In this document: positions 39,439 through 52,404 of the stretch, in pieces
Layout: each line of letters begins with the position of its first letter
Numbering within the stretch: position 1 is the stretch's first letter
Source: Kudoa neothunni
Taxonomy: Eukaryota; Animalia; Cnidaria
Assembly (NCBI GenBank): GCA_964304625.1
Contig: OZ199840.1
Location: forward strand, 8,519,487 to 8,583,486
Direction: 5' to 3'
Length of the DNA: 64,000 nucleotides
The notes under the pieces: model-generated
The model's input: the letters and a program-made list of their open reading frames with translations, nothing else
What the model was told of the DNA's origin: nothing
Databases searched by the model: none
Program-made: the position numbers and the translations under genes

Positions 39439-41163
39439 TTTAAAATATTTAAAATACAGTAAGGTCTCACTATATAACGTTATAAAGCGCTATAAAGCTG
39501 GGTTTTCGAAACTCTAAGGAAGTGTTTCATAACGTTTTTTCCATCGTGTCCCATCTTTTTCAAAAGCATTGATTTTTTTAATTTGAACTGTTTATAACAT
39601 TGAATAAATCTCCCTATCACATTAAAATTTAGAAGCAATTAATATATACTTTTTTTTATTAAAATATTTTCGGTTAGATCTAACTGAGTTTGTCGATTGA
39701 CCTTAAAAAGTAACATCCTTAGTTCTTTATTCCGTTAAAAACAGCTTCAAATGAAAGACTTTCATGTATAAGGGGCTAATAAATGGAAAATAAAGAGTAT
39801 AAATATAAAATCAATCAATATCACATCAGGTTTAAACGATTCTAAATGAGACAAGAATAAGATCAAACCATTCTGATTCTGTTCGGGTAAAGGGCATGTT
39901 AAATATTAATATTGATTTTTGTATAATGATTTATTGCTTGTTCTATTTTTAAGATGTTAATCGTAATTTAAAAATAAGTGATATTGACTTTTAAGAGCAT
40001 CATAATGTCCAATTATCCCACAAAAATTTTTGTACGTAATATAACGTTTATAAGTACGAAAAATCTGGTTCGAAAATATATCATGTGCGATTCGTGCGCA
40101 ATGGAAGCTGAAATAAGTCTGATAAAAAACTAACCGTTCGATTAATTTACTGCAAATTAATTTTTTTTCAATCTACTATTTTCTCTTTATTGATATATAC
40201 AGTAAAAATAGTATTTTTTACCACGAATTAGCTAGTTAATTAAAATTTGCTATTAATCAAAGTATAAAATTATAAAACATTGATTTCCCCATTAAAAAAT
40301 GATAAAAAATATGAAATGTTTAAAAAGGATTGAATACTAAAGAATTATAATATATATTTTACAAACAAATTACAAATTAAGTAAGAATTAAAATTAAATT
40401 TTTATTTGTTTTGTTAAATTATTTTAGAGTTTTTAACTTCAAATTAATAATATTTTCTACTCAAAAATTATATAAACTAAAACATTTCATTCGAGATTGG
40501 ATCATACTTGTTTTCTTCGTTCAATCTTAAATTTGTAATTAGAACAAACAACTACGGAATCCAATATTCGACGCACGCGCACACAAAAATAAGTGATATT
40601 TTGGACTGAGATATTTAATATCTAGTTAATTTATAAGTTATTATTTATAAATAATTTTATCTCAATAAGATCTCCGTTTTGAATTTTTTCATGCCTTTTT
40701 TGGACAATAAAAAAGTCAAAACATTCAATTTATTAAAGTTGTATTTATTTTAGTTACATTTGTTTTCTCGTAAAAGTAAACTAACGTTTTTTTATTAAAA
40801 ATTTTGGTAGAATCATTTTCTTGAGAAGGTGTGCTGAAACTAAAATGAATCAGGAAGCGCCGACCACTACCTATCTATAACTATATGGGGGAGTGGAATT
40901 TTTGTTATTTTGGGACACCACAAAAATCATATTAGGTTCAAAGGTATCAATTTATTAATTCTGTTTCCAAAGTTATCGCCACTCCCTATTTTGAATTGGC
41001 CTACCTCCAATAGGAACCCGAATAATTTAAAGAGTCAATACGATCGACAAAAATGTTGAAAAAAAGCAAAACAATTCATTTATTTAATATAAAAGGACTA
41101 AAATAGAATCTAATTCAATGAATAATATAAATATTGGAGACGAATAAACTAGATGACATCCAA

Positions 41164-44100
41164 TCAAGCATACTGTTTCAGGATATCATTTGGAGAGGTT
41201 TTTTTCGTTCTGTATACAATTGATAAAACAATCGATAGAGTAACCAGCACACCAATCACACCAGAAATCATCATGTAAAAAAATTTACTACCATAGGTAT
41301 TCTTGGAGGAAGCATTGTTATAATCGTCTGGCATACCATCATTTGCTTCATATGATTCATCTGAAGAATGATCATCTTGTTGTACCGGAAAATCAGATTG
41401 TTGAGCTGCGTCTTTTGCTGATGTGAAATTATTTTGCGAAATTGATCCTGTTATAGGGCTTTCCTCTTTCTTTTGGTTGTATTCTTTAACAGTGAGTTCA
41501 ATTTGATTTTTCAGGGACGAAAACGCATCTATATCAGCTTCGATGCTGAGCAATAGTTCGGGGCTTATTTGGGTGTTTGGAGGATTGTATTTGTTCGAAT
41601 ATTCATTCAAATCAAAGTTAGGATGTTTAATTTTCTCTAAAAACAAACTTTTGGCTGTTTCAAAATCCTGATGATTTTTTATATAGATTTTGTGATCACC
41701 GACTTTTAGTTTATCCTTATTAGTTTCTAGAATCTTTAGTTCATCCAACAGTGTACGAATTTGAGTTAACTGTTGGTCAAGATGATCTTTTTTCATATTT
41801 ATTTTTTGGCTTATAGAAACATAATCTTCATTAAGATTCCTTATAAGTTGTTTGTTGTAGTCTAACTTGTCTTGAATTAGTTTGAAAGATTCGACCAACC
41901 TGTTTAATAGAAGGTTGTTGTCGGTATTCTGATTAGTTTCAGGTTGGATTTGTTGGAATTGTTTTATTAGCTGAGCTACAGGTGTCAACTGATTCTCCTT
42001 TGATTCCATTACCGAAATGTTGTCATTTATTTTCGCTAGAAATTGTTCACGACCATCCGATAGATCTTTGTGTTCACTTTGGATTTGACTTTGAATCATC
42101 TCGGATGAACCTCGCAATTCATTTTCATAATTGGTAAGTTGATTGTGAATAGATACCAACTTTTCATATTGACCATTTGTTTGAGATACCAATTGATAGA
42201 ACCACTCTTTAGAGTCGTTAGCTCGGATTTTGGTAGTTACTTGATTGATGGTATCCTCCAAAGTTAGCAACTTTGTCATTACATTTTCGGTTAGATGGGT
42301 TAATTTTTGGCAAATATCTAAAAGTTTGTTGTATTTTGGAGATTTGAATTGATAATTTGTTATAGAGGATGATTCCGCAACGATAGGTATGTCCTCATGT
42401 GACAGAAGATCTTCCATTGTCATTGTTTCAAGGAAATTCTCATCGTAAATGAGCTCAACTAATTTTGCCGTTCTGTCATCAATTAAAATAATATGTGATT
42501 TCAATTCAAGTGCAATGTGTTGATTTTCCTCTACCGGATGTGCTAACGTCGAATAATAACTAGCAATATTTTCTTCAGCCTCATTATAAATCGAAGGTAC
42601 AATAAAATTTGTGTATTTTGTAAAAACGTGTTGCTTTAACCGTTCCATATAAAACTGAACAAATTCATCTTTGTGTAACAAGAATTTGTCAAGAAACTTC
42701 AAGTGACTAACTGTAACATTCTTATCATTGTTCACGAATTGACTTTTATCTTTTTCCCAATGTTCGGTATCATCCATCAGGTCGATGATTCTATTCAAAT
42801 ATAGAACAGTCGCTTCTTCAACCAATCCTTTGTCAAGGTAATCGTTGATCAGAGTGATGAATTGATCAATTTTTTTCGTAGATTCATTGTACCTAAAGGC
42901 ATAAAGCTGCACATTAGATTCAAATACAGGTAGATGCATCTTAAAATTAGTGAAATCATATATAATATCTTTGAGTTCTTGTTGAAAATCAGTCGAAGTT
43001 ATATCCTTTCTTATAAAGTGATATTTGTTGATGATGGTTGTTTCTAGTTCTATTTCATCAAGGGAAAACTCATGTTCCATCCATAAGTCATTTATTTTAC
43101 GAAGCGCTTCATCAAACTCATGGACATTTTGTTTCAAGGAGCTGAGCGAATCCGCATATATCTTGATTTTGGCAGCTATTTGATCAGCATATTTTGTGTT
43201 GGTTAATATAAAACTTTGAATAAAAGTTGGATTGGGTGAGTCGGTCGAATATTCTTCTATAAGTTTGTCTATTTCAGTTGCTCCATTTCCATAAGTTTTT
43301 GAAATTTCTTTACGAATAAAATCTTCCAACAATCCGATGGCGTCTTCAGATTTAGCTTTCACCAACTTATACTCCTTTACCGACTTTGCAAATGCTTCAG
43401 TTGAGCTGTTGTAATCATTCGCCAAATCCATTACTCTCCTATGCATTTCATTTATCTCAGCGTTAGTTAATAAATAGTCGTCGTAGATCGAAACAAAGTT
43501 TATTTTTCTAAAAGTCTGAGAAAACAAATGGAGTTGGGATGCTTTCTTTCTTCTAAATTGGCTCTTGTAAGCGGTCACTAACTCATTATATTTAGTATGG
43601 AGTTGAGAGATCTCGGAGAAAACTTCAGGCATTTCCAATTCTTCCAAACAAAAACCGTCCAAATTATTCATCAGTGTGCTCGATTCATTTCGATAGATAC
43701 CTATCAAATGCTTTAGATTAGTTTGAGTGATACCTTGGAAACCGCTGTATTGATCCCGTCTATATTTCACACAATTGGTGTAGGTTTCATCATATTCGTT
43801 GATAACCTTTAGAAGTTTGGTTTTCAATAAAGATATACTGTTTGAGGTTTCGACGAGTTTTTGTTCATAAGTAGTCATTCTATCGGATAATGCATTTGTA
43901 TCGTCGAATTTGCCGCGAAGCAGTTCAACATTAGGTTTGATAACTTCATATTTTTGATCGATCTCATCTCTCAATTCTCCCATTCCTTCAATCAATTTTA
44001 CATTTATTATTTCTGTTTTGGTTGGGGATTTTCCCATTGTATCTAACATTTTCAAATGTTGTGTTTTTTGTTCCAATATCAGAGCCTTCATCGTATCGAG

Positions 44101-44351
44101 TGTAGTCTTCACCGAACACCTTGATTCTGAATGATCTATTGAGTTAATGAGACTTTTTTTGATGTTAGCCCAGTTTTCGTCTACGTTAAAGGTAGCACAC
44201 AATTCCTCTGGGCTAAAATTGTAGTCAGAAATATATTGTTTGAAAATATCGTCATTAGAGTGTTGATTTGTTGGAACACTTAGCCAAACTATCAAATATA
44301 TATATTATATCGCATAATGAAAAAATTTGTACATAAAAGTAACAGTATCAT
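41164..44351 (-). CDS. Orphan type I membrane protein of about 1050 aa with a long helical/coiled-coil ectodomain
   Basis: 3.1-kb open frame. A 44-nt GT-AG intron (44332-44289) joins ATG 44351 to give the signal-like MILLLLFWLSVPTNQ. E/K/Q/N/L-rich heptad-like body, acidic linker, TM FFYMMISGVIGVLVTLSIVLSIVY and a short basic tail. Confidence 0.85.
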
Positions 44352-47092
44352 TTACTGTTTTCAATATTGTTATTATTACAATCGTTGTCGTAATTATCTG
44401 TCTTATATATTAAAAAATCCATTATACTTATTATTCCGCTGTGCATTAATCTGATGAACATTATTTGTATATTATTAATTTTATGGTAGATGAATTATAT
44501 CACCAATACTTGAAATAAAATTCTTAATTATATTTCAGTTTAATAATATTAATAATTAACATTAAGTTTAAATTGGAATTAATTGTCAAAATCTTTTATC
44601 GGCAAAATTTTTTGTAAAAAATACGTTCTTTATATTTCTTAATGCTTACGATGTCTAAATTTATCCAAATTTACCAAAATAGTATCCGTAACTCTAAAAT
44701 GTTTTACGATATTTAGTAATATAATAATCTTTTAATATTTTTGTTCGAATAATTTTTAAAAATGTTGAAAGACCATCGATCCTTGCTAAATTTACGTTCT
44801 ATCAAGACTTCAAATGCTTCTAGTCATCCTAACAATGATCCTCTTCCATCAATTATTAATATGATGTCAATCATTTTTGGATTAATATGATTGATGTTCC
44901 ATATGCTATTATTTGGTGGAAAATAAATTGTTGTGTATATTTTAATATTTAATGCGTATAAATGGAGGCAGGCTAAACGACTAACCCCAAGCTAACGATC
45001 AACGAGGTTTTATACCAAACTTATACTATTAACTTTCGCGAAGTTAGTTGATTTATTAATACTCAAAGAACAAAAAATCTTACGTAAAACAGGATTTCTA
45101 TGACATCAAGTATATATTTAAATAAACCTACATTAATATTCTTGACCAAATATTGGCATATAAAAAATAACTTTAAAGAATTTTCAATATTCAATGACTT
45201 CAAAAATTGATAGATATTTGTATATTATGCAAATTTTTGACATATTGTCATTATTGGAATTTTTCAGAATCAGTTTAGTTAGAAACCTCCCTATTGATGA
45301 ATCGTTATTTTTCCATTATCAAACCATTTAATATATTGTTATTGAGTGAGTATTTATGGTATAAATTAGAATTTATACGACATATAATTAAATTTTCATG
45401 TTTAAGGAAAAACTTCATAATTCTTCATCCGAGAGAATATTATTTTCACCATAATTATTAATTTAAATTAGCGTATTTATATATGGCTATAACAGTTACA
45501 TTTTAATAAGATTGTCCAATATAATGTTATTTCAGTCATATCCCGATATAGCTTAGTGAATCGAGACTTAAGTTTTTCTACGTTATAATAAATCACAATC
45601 TAATATCAAATACTTAATATCAAGGCACACGCATGCACACACACGATAAAATTTTTAAAACAGACATTAATTTGTTTGGCTGATTGTAATTAATACATTA
45701 AATTTACCCATAATTGAATTGAAAATCATAATTATTAAGGGAATTTATCAGTAAAGAACTTTAATGATATTGATTGAACTATTTATTGATTTTCTGGAAA
45801 GTATCTTTTTTAAATTATTATCTGTTTTATATATATTTTAATACTTTTAGTTAATTTAATTTTGATGAATAGCTTTATTTTTTTGAAAAATTTCAATTTC
45901 ACAAATAATTCGCAATAGCATCGGTTATATGATCTAGTTATTATAAGAAATCATTATATATAACCAAGTTTTATGACAAAAGGATGGCTTTAAATATAAA
46001 AATAAATTAGTATATGGAATAAATTTTAATAATAAATTCAAATTGTCTATTTTATACTTTTTAGTAATGACAAATGTTTCTCCATTCGTATCCAAAATCA
46101 TTGTCATTAAATTTAAACAATTTTAACTTTTAGATTTAACGATATATTGATTGTTTTTATCAAAAAAAAGATGTCTGCCAAATATTTTTTGCGACTGGTC
46201 TTCGAACTCCCTATAATACTTAAATGAGTTGTTAGGGTAGACTGACTCGTTTTTTTTTCAATAAAAAACTGATTAGATGTATTAAAAAACATTCTACAAT
46301 GGCCTAAATTATGTTTCACAAATAAGTATCAGTCATTGTTTTTTTAGACTCTCAAAAATCCTCGCATATTTTTCTCATAGATATCTCCAGATTGTAGATT
46401 TGTTCATCTTAAATATACTTTCAGCTTTTGCTAATTATTGGATATGAGCAAAGTTTGAAGTAATTATTTGCGCTTCTTCAGTAAAAATGGCTTTAAATGT
46501 TGATTATCTTTAATTAATATAAATTGAATTCATCTTTACAAAACGCCCACTTAGTTAATGTAATTTGGAAACATTTCCATTTCACCATTAATGTAATTTT
46601 ATCCTAATGAAATACGATATTATTTCAGTTTTTAAACAAATTTTTTCAAAAATGTCGACATATTGGACTTTTAGATGTGTAATTTGAGATAAATAGGCTG
46701 AAAAATAGACATTTTTACTTCGCTAAATGTAATCACGAAAATTCTCTTATATTATAATTTTTATTTTTTCAATATGTAACCATATCAATCCAAAAATTTT
46801 CGAGGAAAAATTAGACTGATAAAAAAACTCCAACTACACTGTACCGGTACCGAATCAGGTTATATCGAGGCTCTATTGTAGGTCTTACTTTTGAGCTGGG
46901 TATTATATTAAATATAGTAATAAAATCACACCCGGTCTTATTTTCGACGAAACATGGTATCATTGAACGTGAATTTAAATCACTCCTTAGAATATGAAAT
47001 AAGGACGCGTTGTGTTTGTGCATAAACGACGACATGGTAGTGAGTTGAACTCATGACCTCAAGAATTTGAAACAGCAATCAATCACTCGGAC

Positions 47093-47772
47093 CAGTGTTT
47101 CCCAACCTTTTTTCTATCGCACCTCATCTTTTTCAAATGTATTGAATTTTTAACTTAAACTGTTTATAATTTTGAATCAAGCTTCATGTCACATTAAAAT
47201 TAGAAAATGACCAATATACCTTTCTTTTTCTTTCTCATTAGAATTATAATAAATTTGATCAGATCAGATCTAATTTAATTCATAGATGGACTTTAAAAAT
47301 TAACATATTTACTTCTTCATTCAGTCAAAAACAGCGTATAGTGAAACTTGTAGTAATCCAACCTTCATTAGGAAAAACTTTTCTGTATTCGGGACTTTAA
47401 ACCGAATTTGAATAATTGATTTTTAAAAGTAATCAATATTGTTTTTGCATACGTCAAAAAAAGAGGGGATCGCGGTTTTAAAAGCGGCAACATTGGAATT
47501 ATAACCATTCCGATTCTATTGGATAAAAATCACGTTAAACGTTTTTATTTGTTTTATATAAATTAATAAGTGTTTTTAATATTTTGTTATAATAATCATA
47601 TTCGTTTACAAGTAAACAAGATCAACAATCAAATTAGTTATTTCGATATGCGCTACACTGTCCAATTATCTCACCACTATCCATGTCGCATCAATGGTCA
47701 GGATTTTCCACCTCCTACAAGAGTCGTTCATTAAACGCTCAAAGATCTCCATGCCCCACATTGAGAAACATG
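47093..47772. mobile_element. 680-bp non-autonomous hAT element (MITE)
   Basis: Left end CAGTGTTTCCCAACC; degenerate right end TTGAGAAACATG; 8-bp TSD ACTCGGAC / ACTCAGAC (7 of 8 match). Confidence 0.75.
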
Positions 47773-47957
47773 ACTCAGACCATCTTTTTGTTGTTTTTTA
47801 ATTATACAGATAACGCGCTTTTAGCAGACAAACCCTGAAAAGTTGCCTTTTTATGGTCAAACAAAGCTAGCCTAGCATTTTAAACTAAGGACTCATTCAT
47901 TCATTCATTCAATCAATGAATAAAATAAATACATCAAATTTTTAATAAATATAAATA

Positions 47958-48976
47958 TTATTTTTTAGCATTTTGACGAAGCACACTAGAAGGGCTTGGG
48001 TAAGGTCTTTGTTGATAGAGGGGGCCACTTGCGGTAGTGTCCACCCCCGTTTTGGCGTCTGTTGAAGTGGGAAGTCCATCGGACCATGTACCCCTACGGA
48101 AAAATTACTATCAACTCGACACATTCATGTGGCAAAGACTTTGGACAACTGGAATAAGAAGAAGGGTCCATTGGATCGCTGGGTTGATCTGCGCTTTTGG
48201 GTGGACGATAATTGCCATCAACTGAAAAAACATTAATCAATGTTTATATGTTTATACATATAGCGAAAAAAAAAATACATTTTCGCCTATTTGACCGTTC
48301 ATTAGCTCGGTCAGAAAAAGTATTGCTAGCTGAATAGCTTGAAGTGTATGCGCTTTTAGATTCATTAGACTTAATCACATCGTCGCTATAGGATACGGCT
48401 AAAGCGTAACCTTTATAAAATCCCGCCAAAACTGTGATATTTACGTTTGTTGTAGATAACCGCCCTGTTGTCTTCAATAACAATCAAATTACAAACTGAA
48501 TTACTCAACATATACGAATCTACCTAGTGGATGTAACCATGACACTTGATCCGTAATGGAATTCCAATAATATGATTTTCCACTTTATCCCAACAAAAAT
48601 AAGTGATAAAAATTCACCAACATCAGTACACTCACAGTGGGATATAAGGAACAAGATACCATTGGTTGTCGTTAAAAAACTAAAATTTTTGATTATTAAT
48701 CACGCTCGAACATATTGCGTAGAGTTACTTTGCGTTTTGAGGTTAAATTCCATCTTTTCGCACAATACAATGTGCATGAATGAAACTTATTGGTACTATT
48801 GGGACATTGAGAATGTTTGGTGCGATCATTAACTAAAAAAATATTATTTTGGGTCATTTAAAAAATAGTTCAAATTATAGCCAAATAATTTCTAACAACT
48901 TACTCGTCCCATCTTTGTTTATAATGCCTCTTTTGAGCAGTGCTTCTTGGAGTTTTGGAGGTATTGCTGCACTCAT
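47958..48976 (-). CDS. PQBP1: Polyglutamine-binding protein 1 (multi-exon)
   Basis: N-terminus [15 protein letters not shown]; [15 protein letters not shown]; WW domain [19 protein letters not shown]; C-terminus [43 protein letters not shown]. Confidence 0.95.
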
Positions 48977-49027
48977 TACCTCTATGCGCATGCGTACGCA
49001 TCAAAATAAGTAGAAATTGGGATTCTA
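48977..49027. promoter_or_regulatory. 51-bp bidirectional promoter region between PQBP1 and PRPF18
   Basis: Divergent ATGs at 48976(-) and 49028(+); overlapping palindromes ATGCGCATGCGTACGCAT at 48984-49001 (NRF1-like). Confidence 0.75.
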
Positions 49028-50669
49028 ATGGATTCTCTTCTTGAGGAAATAAATAGAAAAAGAAAACAACTAGATGAAAATGAAATTACGAGTGTAAACT
49101 GATACATTTTTAATATTTTTTAGTGGTCATTATAGAACAAAAAGTACTTTAGAAGAGGAGATTTAATAGCACAAGAAGAAAAACAAATTCTTAAAGTAGT
49201 GTCTTAAAAATGGGTTTTTATTGTAGTTTTTTTTTGGAGGAAAGAGAAGAAAAATTGAAAAAGGAAAAGGAACAATTAGAAGCTATTGCAGACACTGAAA
49301 ATAAAAATGAACATAATAATAATAATAATAATGATAACTCAAACCAAAAGGACATTATATCGTTGTTACCCAATGAAGAAATATCTAGGGATGAGGTTTC
49401 AATCGTTTTTATAAGTTAGATGCTTATTTTTGGGATTAATTTAGGTGATTAAACGTTTAAGAAAAAGAAATGCTCCAATTCGTCTGTTTGGAGAGACTGA
49501 TCATGATTCTTGTCAACGATTGAAGTATTAATTTTTCTTAATTAGTAATGTTATTGTTTCTATTTAGAATTATTGAAGTAATGGAGAAAGAGGACAACGA
49601 AGTAATTTATTATGAAATTAAAATAATTGTTTTTGGTCACTTTGTATAAATCACTAAAACAACAACTTATAGATAAAATATTAATACATTTATTAATTTT
49701 TCTATTTAAAGGGGCTGAGGAACGATTTCCAGGCTGCACTAGAAAAACTAGAAAATGCCTATTTCCCCGGCTGTGAAGAACTCACTAATGAAGGGGTAAA
49801 TTGGATTATTCTGGTTATAATTGATAAGATGTATGTTTAGGAAAGAAAAGATTCTCGATTCAAAGAAATCCCCGTGGAAAAAACAATAGAGGAAATAAAG
49901 GTTTCCATCGTCATCCTTATTAAGGCATTTTGTTGAATTGTGTTGTGTGCTTTAGGAAATGAATGATAGCATTAATAAAGGTGATTTGAAAGTTGACTGC
50001 ACTGTTGTGCTAAGTTTTATTAAAGTACTAGCTTTAAATCGTTAATTTCGATGTAAATCTGTTATTAGAATATGATGAATATTTGGGTGAGTGATCTCAA
50101 CCAAAAAATTGCTCAAGAAAAAAATAAACATTAAAGTTGTGGTTTGTTGGTGGATCAATTGAAGCTAACGATGCGATTTGTTAGATTCGAATGGAAGGGG
50201 CCAGGTTCGAACAAACCAAGCAATACCTGGAACCTCTAATAATGCAACTCAAAAACATGGTAACTATTGAATTAGGGTGGTAATTGATTGAATCTAATTC
50301 TCCATAGTCACTTAGTCCCGAACTTATGAACAGCATGACTCTTATCACCTTTCATTGTCTCGATGGAAATTATGTAAAAGCCAATGATATCTACTTGCAG
50401 ATGGCCATTGGAAACGCCCCTTGGCCAATTGGTGTTACTATGGTGGGTATTCATGCAAGAACTGGACGTGAACGAATTTTTTCGAGACACGTTGCTCGTA
50501 TGTGAACCCTAATTTGTTTCTATTGTAACTATCGTCTATTGATTTAGATGTACTTAATGATGAAACTCAACGAAAATACATTCAAGGATTCAAACGTTTG
50601 ATGACACTTTGTCAGAAGAAGTTTCCTTCCGACCCTTCTAAATCTGTAGAATTCGGAGGCACTGTTTAA
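49028..50669 (+). CDS. PRPF18: Pre-mRNA-splicing factor 18 (about 12 exons)
   Basis: [27 protein letters not shown]4-like [75 protein letters not shown]. One apparent +1 frameshift in the A-runs at about 50103-50124. Confidence 0.97.
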
Positions 50670-52404
50670 TTGGCATACACTTGAAAAGCTTCATTATTAA
50701 CAAAATCGTTCATGTAGATAAACCAGTCATATTATTTTTCAACTGACAAAATTACTATATTCATGCATTCATATACTCGTATATGAGATTATTTGTTTTA
50801 TGACCGTAAATACTGTGTTGAAAAACTCTTGATGTTCATCTTTTTTAATGAGTAATCGTGAAATAAATACACAGAAAATTTATTTTAAAGATGCATTCAC
50901 AATTTTTTTGAGTTATATTTTTTTTCTTTAATTAATTAACTAATTAATTTTATTGATTGACTGATCGATTATTTAATTTGTAATATACTATTTTTTAATA
51001 CATTTCATAATTATCGTTATTATAAAATTGTTATATTGAAACTCTTAATAGTTTTGACACTTAAATTTTCAAAAATTTGAAATTTTTTATATAATCTGGT
51101 AAATTTCTTAATTAAAATATATGCCTAAATTTGGGATTTCTATTTGTATGTATGAGAATTTAATATAAACAAACCATCGTATGGAAAATTGTCAAAATGA
51201 ATCTAACGCTTTTTCGTTTCGTTCGCTTTGATAAAACACATGCGACAATTCAACTGAAATAAATTTACACAATTAGTTATTGATTTTTGGGGAAATAATT
51301 GTCTTTGAGTAAATAATTTTTTGTTATATTATTCATTTCTCTAACACTTTCATGGCGATTTTTTGGTTACAACCAGAGATAATGTATTACGTAAAAATTA
51401 TTTGTCGCGGTGATTTCAAAATCGAAATGCTTTAAAAAATTTTTAAAGGCTATTATTATTAAATTAAAGAAACAAATGAAATTTGAATAAAATTACTATT
51501 TATATGTATCGTTTCAACGAAAAAAAATTCACACTATCTTTAAAATACCTTAAAATACATAAAAACTTTAAATTGTATCTGATTTGTAAACAACGGTTTA
51601 ATAAAATTAATACGCTTGCGTGTAAAATTTTTTGTCGCGCCTGAGCCACTTGATGATCAACTCTTTATGTATAAAATTATTCTGTATCTTAAAATATTTA
51701 TGACTGAAACTTTCAAATAGAGGTACAACAGATTTTTATCGAATATCTAAAACGATTTAAAGCTTAAAAATTTTAAAAGAAGTAAAACCAATTAATTTTT
51801 AAAAAATATATTTTTTCCTGAGTAGATATATAATTATAAATAATGGAAATATTGATTTGTTACATACTGTATTTCTCGCTCGAATTGTCAATCACTTACG
51901 CATTACAGTATTATCGTGAGTGTAGAATAAAAAATGAAATAGCGGGATCGCTGATTCAAAATATTGAAAAAAAATTATTGCAGCTGCCTCAAAATTCAAC
52001 GTTTTTTAAATCTATCGAAGAAATTTTTACTCAATATAAATCCATACGAAATGGTAGATACCAAAAAAATCGCGAAGATTTGATTGAATGTATCGGTTAA
52101 AGCCCAAAGGAGCTTTCATCGAAATATTGCCAAAATTATTTAAAACATCCTAAATCTTACTTTGCTTCTGACCTTCAAAAACAAAAACTTAACAAATAGA
52201 ATTATTTTGGAACATACAGATGTTTAATTATTTTGCTATCGTGCCGATTCGAGAAAATTTTTAACTTCGTGAGAAATTTTCATGTTTACTGAAAATTACT
52301 ACAGCTTAATTGAGTATAATTTCGAAATATATCAGCAACCTGCAATTTTACCGATAAATACTGTAATACAGAATAATAATCTTTATCCAACTTTTTCATA
52401 TTAA

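Noticed and set aside
44380-44395. TACGACAACGAT upstream of the coiled-coil gene as a variant of the TACCGAAAGAT motif
   Set aside because: Similar position but poor sequence match.
51843-52350. 85-aa ORF with a stop-interrupted continuation
   Set aside because: No recognisable domain or convincing splice structure; probably a relic.
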